DNA from: the human T2T-CHM13v2.0 reference genome, Homo sapiens
DNA: 64,000 nucleotides
NCBI RefSeq assembly: GCF_009914755.1
Contig: NC_060934.1
Strand: one strand, 5' to 3'
Below, in pieces: positions 15,832 to 28,116 of the stretch (positions are counted from its first letter, which is position 1; every line of letters begins with the position of its first letter). The position numbers and the translations under genes were made by a program. The notes beneath the pieces are model-generated. The model made no database searches. It saw only the letters and a program-made list of their open reading frames with translations, and had not been told where the DNA came from.

Positions 15832-16010
15832 CTACATTGTCCAACATGGTAGTCACTAGCCACATATGGCTATTTACATTTGAATTGAAATTAGTTAAAT
15901 GAAATTAACCACCCATATTTCAAGTGCTTGATAGCTACATGCAGCTAGTGGCTACTGTATTGGACAGTGCAGATATAGAACATTTTCATCATCTCAGAAA
16001 ATCCTTCCCT
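15832..16010 (-). mobile_element. MER3 (hAT-Charlie)
   Basis: gtccaacatggtagtcactagccacatatggcta ... gctagtggctactgtattggacagtgcag atatagaacattt. Confidence 0.8.
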
Positions 16011-17828
16011 AGAGGATTGTTTCAAAGGGGTAATTCCTATTAATCTCCAAAGTGTACTGGTTTCCAAATGAAATTTAGTCATAACTTTAAAGTTTCCAAA
16101 TTTTACATGAAAATAATAGAAGTTGTTGTTGGTAACACTATGGTGCTTACTACATGCCAGGCACCACTCCAAGAACTTTTATCAATTAACGCATTTAATT
16201 TTTATATATTACTCAGTCAATGTGAGAGATCTTATCCTTTAGCTGTATTTCCAAAATCAAAAAAGCTCTAAAAACTGTGATTTTCATAAATTTGGCTACA
16301 AAACTTGGTCTGAAGTGACGTGAGGTTATGACAGTCTTTATTTTTCTCACTTGGTGAGAACTACACATATATTTTTACTTCAGAAATTATGGGCATATTT
16401 TATTTGCTGCAGATACCATTGAAAGTGTTATGTAAGATATGGCATATGCATTTTTACCATTACAAAATCCATAAAGCTTCTGAATCACAGTTGGCTGGCT
16501 GCTCAGAATTTGGATTAGGGAGTGTGGACTTCCATGATTATGCCCATTTTGAAGATGGGAAAACTGAAGCAACGAAAGGTCAAGTGATTTGCATAAAGTC
16601 ACAGCAAGGAAGTGCCAGTGTCAGGAGCCAGTCAAAGTGGGCTGTCTCCAGAGTCTGTTCTCTTGATCACTGTGCTATCCTACATTAACCTCTGGGCTCA
16701 TGACCCAAAACAAATAACCATCCTTTTTTTTTTTTTTTTTTTTTTTTTGGTTAGGTGAAACCTAATAGCTTTAACTCAGCTCATTAGAAAGTTTCAGATA
16801 GTGATCTGGCTAAATTGTTTAGCAGTTGAGGTTTTGAAATGCCATGGATAGTTCAACCACCGTAATAGACGTGCTTAGCAATTGTTTAGCTTGCCCCTTT
16901 CCACCCTGTGTCAGCCACACTTGTTTTTGAGCATTCACTGTGTAAGAACTGGTAGGAAAAGAGGTGGGTACTGGTGAAACCATTGGGCTCATGTTGAAAT
17001 CTTTGGCATGTGGGGGCTTACATATTCATAACTGTTATGGGGTGGAGGGTGGCCGGTGGTTTGGTCCTAGTATAGATCAACTGTTACAGGCGAGGGCCAT
17101 TTGGTGGACTACCAGGATTGTAAGCCCTCCTGGCGTGTTTTTGGAGGGTCTGCATCAATCTGACTCAGTCGGAAGTCTTTCTAGGGAAATTGAATTCCTC
17201 TTTTCTTGTGGGAGTTCGACTGGAACTGCAAGGCTGGTCTGGGGGCAAGAATGGACATTTCATTTCTCCTCCTCAAGTAGTGGCAAGCCTCAGTGATCTC
17301 TTCTTAGATTTTGGTCCAAACCTGCCTTTGAAGAAATTATTGAGTAACCCCAAGGTTTCTCCTTTGAGTAGGAGGAGATGTTCTGGACATTTGACCTTTT
17401 GTGTGTAGTTTAGCGTGGCCTCTGCAGGACCCCCTGTCTCTTTGCAGCCAGGGGGCATGTATACCTCTTGCGGCACAGTCTCTGAGGCCCCTAATGATCT
17501 TTCCCCACCTGACTCCCTGAATCCAGTTATCATGGCTTAAGGTATAGAGCCTGGACACTCTATTCGTAAATACAAGATTCTCTAGAATCAAATTTCCCTG
17601 GGGTTTACCTAGTACAACCTTGGATGAGCAACTGACCTTTGCGTAAAATAGCAATAGTAATTGTACAGGGTTGCTTTGAGGCCAAAGTGAGATGGTTCAC
17701 CTAAAGCACTTTGCATAGAGACAGACACATCCTGAGTGCTCAAAGTTAACTACTAATATTACTGTTTCTTCCCCCAGGGCTCCTCAAGTCTTCCCAGTCT
17801 GCAGTGTTAGGTTTTGGGGAGGTGGAGA

Positions 17829-18220
17829 TGGTAGGCTAGATCATGATCTACCAAAGATGTCCAAGTCTGAATGCCTGGAACCTGTGAATATGTTACTTTA
17901 CGTGACAAAAGGGACTTTTACAGATGTGATTAAATTAAAGCTCTTGAGATGATCCTGGATGATCTGGGTGGGCTCAGTCTAATCTCGAGTGTTCTTAGAA
18001 GAAGGAGACAGGAGTGATGTGAGCAAGGGGTCATGAGCCAAGCCTCTAGAAGCTGGAAAAGGAGAGAAAATGAGTTCTTTCCTAGAGCCTCCAGAAGGAA
18101 TGTAGCCCTACTAACCCATTTTAGACTTCTGACCTCCAGAACTGTAGGGTGGCACATTGGTATTATTTAAACTACTAAGTTTGTGGTCATTTGTTGCAGC
18201 AGCTGTAGGAAACTAATACA
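17829..18220 (+). mobile_element. MLT1D/C-like solo LTR
   Basis: ggaacctgtgaatatgttact...gggacttttacagatgtgattaaattaa ... ggaaactaataca end. Confidence 0.85.
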
Positions 18221-18279
18221 GCATGGAAGAATAAAGAGAAAGCAGTCAGGAGTGAGAAGAAAGCTATCAAAATAAGAGA

Positions 18280-18530
18280 ATGATAATATAGCTAGCATTT
18301 AGTAAGAGCTTCGTACTAGGTATTGTTCTAAGCAATTTATAGGTACTAACTTGTTTAATCCCCACAACCCACTTTCTGAGGTAGGTACTTTTATTATCTG
18401 CATATCACAGATGAGGAAACTGAGGCACTGAGAGGTTAAGTAACTTACCCAAGGTCACACAGCTAGTATGCAGGAGATCCGGGATGTGAGTCCAAGCATT
18501 CTGGCACTCTTAACTGTCACCCACACTACT
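18280..18530 (-). mobile_element. MIR
   Basis: acagatgaggaaactgaggc...gaggttaagtaacttacccaaggtcacacagctag. Confidence 0.85.
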
Positions 18531-19560
18531 CCCAAAGGCAGGCATTTCTGGCTGTTGAGTCTGACACTATCAGCCACTGAATGGTATGTGACTGTACGTG
18601 GGGAAAATGCAATGTTGGAATTGGTGAGAAAGAGGGCAGTGTAGTTGGTTTTTTTCTTCCCCAGAACACTGGTTATTGAAATACTCGTAAGTTTTCACTG
18701 TTGCCATCTCCTAGACTGCATCTGGACAGCCCGAAGCCGTGGGAGCAGTTCCTGGGCTGGCCTCCCTCTCGCTCCCACCTCTGTTCCTGCAGCCGCCTCG
18801 CTCACCACAGACCGCTGGCCCCAGCGCCCTGTTGGCTCTGCTCCCGCCTCTGCCTGTTTATTGGATTTGCCTCATTCCTGACTCTTTGCTCCAGCCCGGA
18901 ATTCCACCACCTCTGGGCCCTCCAGTGCTCAAACTTGAGCTGGTTAGTGTCAGGGCCCAGATTGGAATGGCCCTCTGTAACTGCCAGTGGGGGATTATTT
19001 TTGCCTTTTTCCTTTGATTATGCTGGCTGTTGTTGGTGTTCTAGCTGGGCTGCTTTTGTCTCTCAAGCACATAATCCAGAGTGATATTGGTTGGGAACAG
19101 GGGTTTTCAAACTATGTTCCAGGAGTGTTTGGGGCCTCTTCAGGGTGAGGGAGATGCTGAGGAATGAAGATCTCTATCGTTTACTTCGGCTTTTACCGAG
19201 CAGTCCTGCTCTTATTTGTCTTATATACTGGGGCTCTGTTTGAGATTTTGCGTGAAAGAGGGGCTCTATTGTTAGACAAAGAGACAAGTTTGAGAAGAAC
19301 TAAATAGACTTGCCATAGACTTGGATGTACAAGAAATATAACTGTATTTTCCCTCATTTCATTTTATAAGTTTGGGATCTGGAGTCAGGTTGCTTAGGTT
19401 CATTTATATCTGGCCTCTACTACTTATCATCTGCATGGCCTTGTGCAAGATACTTGGCCTGTTTGGGCCTAAGCATCCTCATCTACATTATAGAGGGGTA
19501 ACAGTAGTACCTATCAAATAGGTTTTGTAAGAATTAAATGAAATAACTCATGTCGGAGGC

Positions 19561-19697
19561 TTAGAACTGTACATTGTCTAGAATAAGAATTCTAACAAAT
19601 ATTAGCTTCTTTGATAATTTTATAGTTGTTAGAACTGTACATGGGCTAGAATAAGAATTCTAACAAATATTAGTTTCTTTGATAATTTTTATTGTTG
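19561..19697. repeat. 68/69-bp direct tandem duplication at the end of a MIR
   Basis: ttagaactgtacat...gaataagaattctaacaaatattag.ttctttgataatttt occurs at 19561 and 19629. Confidence 0.9.
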
Positions 19698-21977
19698 TTA
19701 CTGAGTCTCCCAGTTGAATGGCAGAAAAAGGATTTAGCCTCATATCTTCATCCCTTCTACTGCTCTCTGAATGGTGTTGCAGCTGCAGGTCTTACTTCCT
19801 CTCTCCCCAGCTGCCACTGAAATAGCCACTGTCCTTGTCCATAGGTGACTTCATATACAGTGCCACTGAGCTGCCTCTCATGGGTGCAGCAGCCGCAGCG
19901 CCCTGAAGTCTCTGAAGTCTCATTGCCTTCTGCCAGGAAGCGAGGTTCCTTCTGCTTTCAGGACCTATGAGACATTTTGTCTTTTCTCCCCTGACTACCA
20001 GCCAGTAGGAGTTGGAACGGGGGCAAGGGTCAGAGTAAAGCTCCAGTCTCCTCCCTGCTTCTGCTCAATACTGGGTCTATGATACAGACTTAATGCCCTT
20101 TAACCCTTTCCTCTGTGCTCTTGGGGTTTAAGTTTTTAAAACAAAAGCCAAAAAGGCTCATAGGTCTGCCCTCAGCCCCCCATATCCCTCCTCTGAAGCA
20201 GTGAGTACAGGGCTACTTGCTTGAAGAGGAAGGAGGAAGATATCTGGGGAAAATAAAACAAAACATAGATAGGGTGCCTAATCTTGACAGGGCTGTTAGT
20301 CAAACAGTACTGGCCAGTGTCATCGGTGATGTTTGCCCAAAACCTCTTATCTCTCTCTTCTTAGTAGTGGCATCACTGCTGGCTGTGTGGTTGTATGGTA
20401 ACCTCAAGGAAATGTGCTCCATTTGTAAAAATAATGAAAGGTCTCCTTTAGAGGGGCTGATGATGGGTGCACACAAGTTCAGAGCTATAACAAAACTCAG
20501 CTAGCATTTGTATATTTTCATTGCTTTATAGGAATAGCCACATAATAATAATAAAACAGTAAGGCTGCTATATGTAGAATTAAGGAAGAGACAGACATAA
20601 AGAGAGACTCTGTTTTGATGACTTCACTTTAGGTTTAAACTATATAATATTACTGACTATGGAAAATCTGGAGAATGGAAAAAAATCATTTGGGAAAAAA
20701 GCCTGTGACCAAGTACATGCTATACAAATCTGGGATTAAAATATCACATAACATGGCTTAATTTGGATATCACAGGAGTTGTTTCAAGTTACTGTGATTT
20801 CTAAAGAAAGTTTCAATTCATTTGTTGTTATTAATAACACAAACTCAGATTTCATTGATTCAGCGTGTTTTTCACATATGAAATGTTTGCCTGGAAGAAT
20901 TGAAGCCCTCTCTAGTAGCCTGTTTTGCCAATCTCAGAAAGGTGGATAAAATTCACAAAAGCTAAATACTCTGGGCATGAAATTGTATTCCTTTTCCCTC
21001 CACAAAGGCAGAATGAATTTGGATGACAGAGCAGAGCTTGAGCAGTTTGGTTAACTGTCGGGGTCTGAGTGGATTCACTTAGACCTAATTTGCTTCTAAC
21101 TCGGTCTGGCTTACTGTGCTTGAGGTTTTTCTTTCATCATGGCTTGGGCACAGTTTTAAAATTTACAGTGGTAGGGATTGGTAAATCTAGAGGTAGTTGT
21201 GAAAAAAAAAAAGCTCAATTATTATTTGAATCTAAGAGAAGAAGGCAGGAACTTTTGAGCTATGCATAGAAGCTATATAAGTTTGCAAAAAGAACTCCAA
21301 AAATCAATTTCCTGCACCAGCAGTGCAACACAGACATCAGGCAACCTTGCATGCTCTCCCATGACACTCTTGGATAGGCTTTTGACTGCCTTTTGCTGGC
21401 TGAGAATGGTCCGGGCGTCTCTAATGCCAAGTCATGGGATGGCTGACAACAGGTGGAGGGCGTTCCTGTTGCAGGCATGCAAGCCCAGATCAAATTAGTC
21501 ATAGAAGTTAAGAGAGTGTGCTCATTTCTCACCATGCTGTCTATTTCTAATGAACTATCACTATCTAAGGAGTCAGATATAAAATATATCACCCATTTAG
21601 GAGATACTCATTTTTAAAAAAATCTTTAATCCAAAAATAATTTTGCTTTAACAACTACAATTCTATATTTTATCTTAAATTATTAACACAGACATACTTC
21701 TGTTTATATTTATTTATTAATTTTTGATTATATGCTGTTATCCAATACTTACAATTGAGGGGAAGAAAGGAGAAGGGTCCAAGCTTGGCCCTCTTGGTTT
21801 TGGAGGAGTTGAAGGAACCGGTCTCCTAAGAGACTCATGGATTTGTCCTAAGCTACCTAGCTGGGGAGCAGTAGAATGGAACTTTTGTTTTTTCAAATAA
21901 AATTGGGATCACATGATAAATACATCATACGCAATTTTGGATCCTAGATTCCTTGCTTAACATTCTATCATGAAGAT

Positions 21978-22111
21978 TGTCAACTTTAACAAATGAGATT
22001 CAGAAAATATGATTAAGTATAGAGTTTATTTGAGCACAAAGCTTGCAGATGACCACTCGAGGAATACCAGTTCTGAAATGAATGGGGTCAGTGGTCCATA
22101 GTGGAGAAGTT
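21978..22111 (-). mobile_element. ERV1 LTR fragment (MER67-like)
   Basis: tgtcaactttaacaaatgagattcagaaaatatgattaagtatagagtttatt, recalled LTR end. Confidence 0.5.
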
Positions 22112-22957
22112 CTGTGTCTTACTCATTATTTTCTAAAGGTTTTATATTTTTTATTTAATCAACTTAACTTTTTAGTAGATTCTCCTGCACTGTCTAGGTA
22201 GAGAATTATATTACCCACAAATAATGATTACTTCTCTTTTAAATTAGTAATTCTAGAACATTAATAACTGAGTGAAGATAATAGACTGTTTTATTTTACT
22301 CCTGATTTTAATGGAAATGCTTTTCATACTTTCTAGAAGGCATAATGTTGGCTTTTGGTTTAAAATAGTTTAAATTACTTTGAAGAAGTAGTTTTATATT
22401 CCGGGATTTAAGCAAAAGATGAAAGGCAGTTGAATTTTATCAAATGCCAAAAAGGTAATCTTGGAGATGATTTTATGCTTTTTCACATTTGACCTGCTCA
22501 TGTGTTCTATCAGGTTCACAAATTTCCCATCATTAAACCACATTTGCAATTCTGCTGTGGCAGTTCATTATCTGTTTGTTAATCAGTTGTATCTCTAAAA
22601 TAGAGATATTAATCTAGAAGCCACTTGGATTTTACTTTGAACTTAAAAAATTAGCTGTACTTTAGCCATGGTCATCAAATGCGAGAATTAAAATTAGCTT
22701 GCTGCTCCTGAGTGTGCATAGATTGAATTCCTGGAGACCCCGTGTGCTTTCCTAAGAGTGACAGGTGCAGCTTCAGATGTGGTAAGGAGCTAGGGACACT
22801 GTTTATGTGGGCGAGTATAAGGAGAATGAAGTGCACACCATGGATTGGGTAATTGGGGCTTGTGCTCTTGTAAGAAGTTTTGGTGTTAAATCAAGGGTAG
22901 CCTCTAAAATGGCCTTCCTGTGAGATGAAAATGAAATGCCTTTTAAAAAAAATTGTA

Positions 22958-23250
22958 GGCTGGGTGCAGTGGCTCATGCCTGTAATCCCAGCACTATGGG
23001 AGGCTGAGGCGGGTGGATCATGAGGTCAGGAGTTCGAGACCAGCCTGGCCAAGATGGTGAAACCCCCGTCTCTACTAAAAATACAAAAATTAGCTGGGCA
23101 TGGTGGTGGGCGCCTGTAATCCTAGCTACTTGGGAGGCCGAGGCAAGGAATTGCTTGAAGCCAGGAGGCGGAGGTTGCAGTGAGCTGAGATCGCGCCACT
23201 GCACTCCAGCGTGGGTGACAGAGCGAGATTCCATCTCAAAAAAAAAAAAA
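22958..23250 (+). mobile_element. Alu (AluS-like)
   Basis: Complete Alu; TSD aaaaaaattgta on both sides. Confidence 0.95.
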
Positions 23251-25789
23251 ATTGTAAGCAAGGATACTCTCATTTCTTTATGTTCCTCCCAAGACAGGCA
23301 GAATTGGAACTCTATTATCAGATGGATAGACACCATCCTTGAGGATTCTGGACACACAGTATGGACTTCCTTTTCTGGAGTAAAACATTAAATAGCAGAG
23401 CAGCAAACCTGCAAGATGAAGCTTGGTCCAAATCATGACCTTAGAATCTAGTAATAGTCTAATTCAATGTCAAGTTTTAGTTTAGGTGAAAGCTTAAGGG
23501 GGGAAAAAGTGTTCCTAAGGCATATAGAAATGAAAAGAGAAAGCAGATATAAAACTTAAAAATTAAAGGTCAAATACTTTAACTCTGCGTTTGACAGCAC
23601 CTGTGGGACTCAGAAACTGACCCAGAGATTTAGCTACTGCATGGGTGTCTTTGTGGAGAAGCTGAGGAGAATCTGAGCCCAAGATGTAAGAAGGTGGTTG
23701 GTTGCCTTCTTCACATTCTTGTTGCTTACGTGTTGCCCCTCATCCTTGTCTCCTTTTTGCCCACAATTTTGGACTTTTTTTCAACCATCTTTTCTCATCC
23801 ATTCATCACTGATCCACTCAGCAGTTATTTTGAGTCACTCCCCTGTGTCAGGCATTATGCTGGCTGGTGGGGACAATGGTGAGCAAGGTCCCCACAGCAA
23901 CTGCCCATCTGAGTTTACCTGAGCCAGATGATCATGCAGGTGGGGACCTGACACTTTCTGTCATTTGTGAAACAAGATGTTGCTCACTCTCTCTGTTTCT
24001 CAGTGTTTCCAACAGTTATTTATTTATGGAAGGATAGAACAAAGCATTATAAGTGAGGAATCATTTGTAAGTTGTAAATTTTGACGATGTTTTGTTAAAG
24101 GGGCTTAGTTAAAACTCTAACTTCACTCATGGGAAAGAGACTTCTGTTGCTGTTACCTGGTGTTTTCTTTTGCTAAACATTTCCATCCTCGTTCCTTCCT
24201 TTTTGGAGAAATTTATTTTTAATTTGAAGAATTCTGGAAGCAAGGGCTGCTGGGACTGAGGTAGCACATTCCAAGGAATCAGACTAGAATGTACAAGGAG
24301 AGACAGCAAATGCTCACCTTGTGACCAGTTCTATTCAGTGGGAAGACTCAGCAAAAACTTGGGAGGATGCCCAGGACATTGGTTGCTCTTGTATTGAGGA
24401 AGCCATTCAGGTTAATCTAGAGTAACTAGTTCACATAAATGCTCTACTATTGATTTATGGCTTTGTTACTCGTTTTGAAATTAAGGACTTTGGTTCATTC
24501 TGTAACTAGAATGTTTACTGCATTCCTCATTCTATATCCAGGATTTGCCATCAAAGATGTTTCAGTCAGTTAGAGAGACATGGACAAATACCTGAACTTC
24601 TCAGCATCTTTACCAAGAAATGTCTGGTAAGGACTTCCACCTCTGTGAGTGCAGTTGCACCTTTACACCAATGATTCTAAGCCTCTCCACAGCCTAATTC
24701 TCACTTCTGAGCTCCAAAGCTGCATATCGGGTTGGCTGGGTAGCATCTCCCCAAAACTCGTGTCCCAAACTGAATGCATCTTTTCCTAAACCCATTTCTC
24801 CTGAGTTCTCCATCGTAGTGAGTAGAACCTTAATCAAACCACTTGCTGAGACCAAAACCCTCACCTGATTGAGTCTGTGGTTTCTTAGCACTGAAGGCCT
24901 CACCTTCCCAGTCATGACACGCTGCTGCCTTCCATTCTAATGTTTGTCTTTCCCAATAGAGTGTATGTGTGCCCTATGAAGCCAAGGCCAGGGACTTTTG
25001 TTGGTTGTTCATTTCTCTTATTTCCAGCCCTCACACAATATTGAACATGTGACAAAGGTCTCAAGAAATACATGTTGATAGGTTGTACAAATGGGAATTC
25101 CTGCCCATTCTGCCTTCTAAATATCTCTGTAATCAGGCATACCCGGGTTTGATCCAGCTTTGCTGTTTTCTAACTGGGTGGGCCTTGATGAAGCTATTCT
25201 TAAGAAATTATTTTTAGATAATTTCTGATTTACAGATTAAGCTATTTTTAATCTCTCTATGCCTCAGCTTCTGAATCTGTAAAATGGACATAGTCATAGC
25301 ACTTACTTCATGGGGTTGTGATGAGGATTAAATGAAATAGAGCATGTAAAGCTTATTACTGTGTTTGACATGTAATATCATCTGTTATTACGAAGATAAG
25401 TTTGGAGCTAGAATGTGAAAGACGTTCAGTGCAGATTAAGAGACATGTGCTTTACCTTTTAGAAGGTAAGGATCCATGAAAGGTTTCTACTGTGTGGTGG
25501 AAAAACCGTGAGCTATGGAATCAACAGACAAGTTCAAATGACAAGTCTACCATTTAATAACTGTGAGACTTTTTCACATGTTTACCTAGCCATTCTCAGC
25601 CTCAGTTTCAAAGTCTCTAAAATTTGGGGTAACAATACCTCCTACAAGGGATTGTTGTAAGGTATGAATGAGATGGTGTCAAAAACATCCAACACTACTT
25701 GTTTTTTTTAAAATTTACTTTCTTTACTTTAGTACTAAGCTCTAGGTTTCCTTGGAAACAGATCTGCGGTCAGAACCTTGTTCTTGGCT

Positions 25790-25945
25790 AAGCTCACTTT
25801 AACATTTTTATCAGATACTTGGAGAAGGCATAAAGCCGTATTTCCCAAATTGGCAAATGACTCAAAGCTGGGAAAATAGCTGATACAATAGGTGATGGAA
25901 TGAAGGCTCAAAATGACTGTGGCAGGCTGGAATGTTGGTCCTTTA
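25790..25945 (+). mobile_element. L3/CR1 LINE reverse-transcriptase relic
   Basis: aaattggcaaatgactcaaagctggga reads KLANDSKLG, a decayed CR1 KFADDTKLG motif. Confidence 0.6.
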
Positions 25946-26980
25946 CCAAATGGGACATCTAGTTAGTGGGTCAAAGCAGTTAAGAGCAGGGAGACCACTG
26001 AGGGTGATTCTGCTAGTCCTGATGATGTATGCAAAGGATCTGAATTGAGGTGGTGTCAGTGGCAATACAGGGAGTTATTAGTTGGGAAGAACCTTTTAGA
26101 AAACTTATTAGAATGTGACAGCTGATTGGATATTTGGGGGTGGGTGTGTTGATAAAGAGGACTATGGATGATTAGGAAGTTTCCTTTCTGGGTTTCTAGG
26201 GGAAAAAAGAGGTACCGGTTCATAGGAAGGAGGAAGTTAGGCAGAAGAGCTGGATTAGGGAGAGGGAGAGAGGACAGGAGTCTGGTTTTCTACATCGTGT
26301 GTTGGCTCTACTGAAGAGGAAGTTGAAAAATCAGGACTGTAGCTCCAAGGAAAGGCTGTGTCTGGAAAGAGGCATTTGGAAGTCATCCACATAGAGGTGA
26401 TAGTTGAATCTGTGGGTGGGAGGGGAGGGGATGGCCAAGGAGTGGCTGGTGCTATTCAGAATCATTAGCATTGTTGGCTGTAACTTTAGATAAGCAGTGT
26501 AAACAAACCCTTGCCCAAGTGGGAACTAGTTCCACTGCCTTCCTGGTGCTAGTATGTAACTTGTTAAAGCAAAGTTCTGCAGGATGAAAAGAATCTCCTA
26601 ACAATTTCAGGTTTAAAAAATTATATTTTTAATTACAGAAGTGATATACAAATACATTCTCTCTCTCTTTTTTTTTTTTTTTTTTTTTGCTACTGGTGTT
26701 TCCAGAAGAGTGAATACATTCTTGTTTCTAAATAATGTAAACTGCATATAGGTTAAAAGCCCCCTGTTAGTCCCCATCAAAGCCTACTTTCTTTTTTTTT
26801 TTTTTTTTTTTTGGAGTTATTTGGTCTGGTGGGTATTCTTATAGACTTTTTTCTATGTATTTACATAGTTACACACATGCACATGCACATAAAGATATAC
26901 TTTTGTTTTCGTGTGTGGTTTTCTTTTGTTTTCTATAAATGAGTTCATACTATGTTTTGTTCGATTTATTTTTATTTTTA

Positions 26981-27339
<359 letters not shown>

Positions 27340-27399
27340 TTATCTAGATCTAAGTCACAAAAACAATAAAACCTGCTTTCTGGGTACAAATGTACCATA

Positions 27400-27698
<299 letters not shown>

Positions 27699-28116
27699 TG
27701 AATGTATGATGTTTTATTTAATCATTCCACTATTGATAGAATATGCCTTGTTTCCAACTTTTACATCTGTCCATCCTACAGGAATTTGCTTCTAGGAGAC
27801 TGCTGAAGTGCCCCAGAGGCTGGAATACTTTGGTAAATAGTCAGCCAGGAGGTAACAAGCCATCTGGGGCAACAAGAGGCACATAAGGAGAAAGGAGGTA
27901 GAAAATGCTCCTTCTTAGTGTTGCTGCCATGGCTTAGAGGAAGGAGACCTATTCATTTTGGGGACTCAGAAGTAGATGAGAGAGGCTGAGCCGTGTGTAT
28001 GGGTTTTGCAGGGTGGAACCATGGATGGGTGCTAGAGGTGAACTCTAAGTACTGCTCCTTACTGCTCTGGTCCCATCACCTCCCAGGGGTCAACTAGTAA
28101 CACACCTTTGACCTCT

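Noticed and set aside
16723-16748. Orphan T26 tract as a retro-insertion
   Set aside because: No TSD or body sequence visible; treated as a mononucleotide repeat.
18815-18840. CTCF-like cagcgccctgttgg
   Set aside because: Core spacing does not fit the CTCF consensus.
22974-23391. 127-aa and 123-aa ORFs
   Set aside because: Alu-derived reading frames.
25191-25246. 40-bp insert between aagctatt repeats with a 9-bp hairpin, as a mini-MITE
   Set aside because: Resembles a reverse L1 3'-terminal stub in a MIR; the AT-rich hairpin is likely chance.
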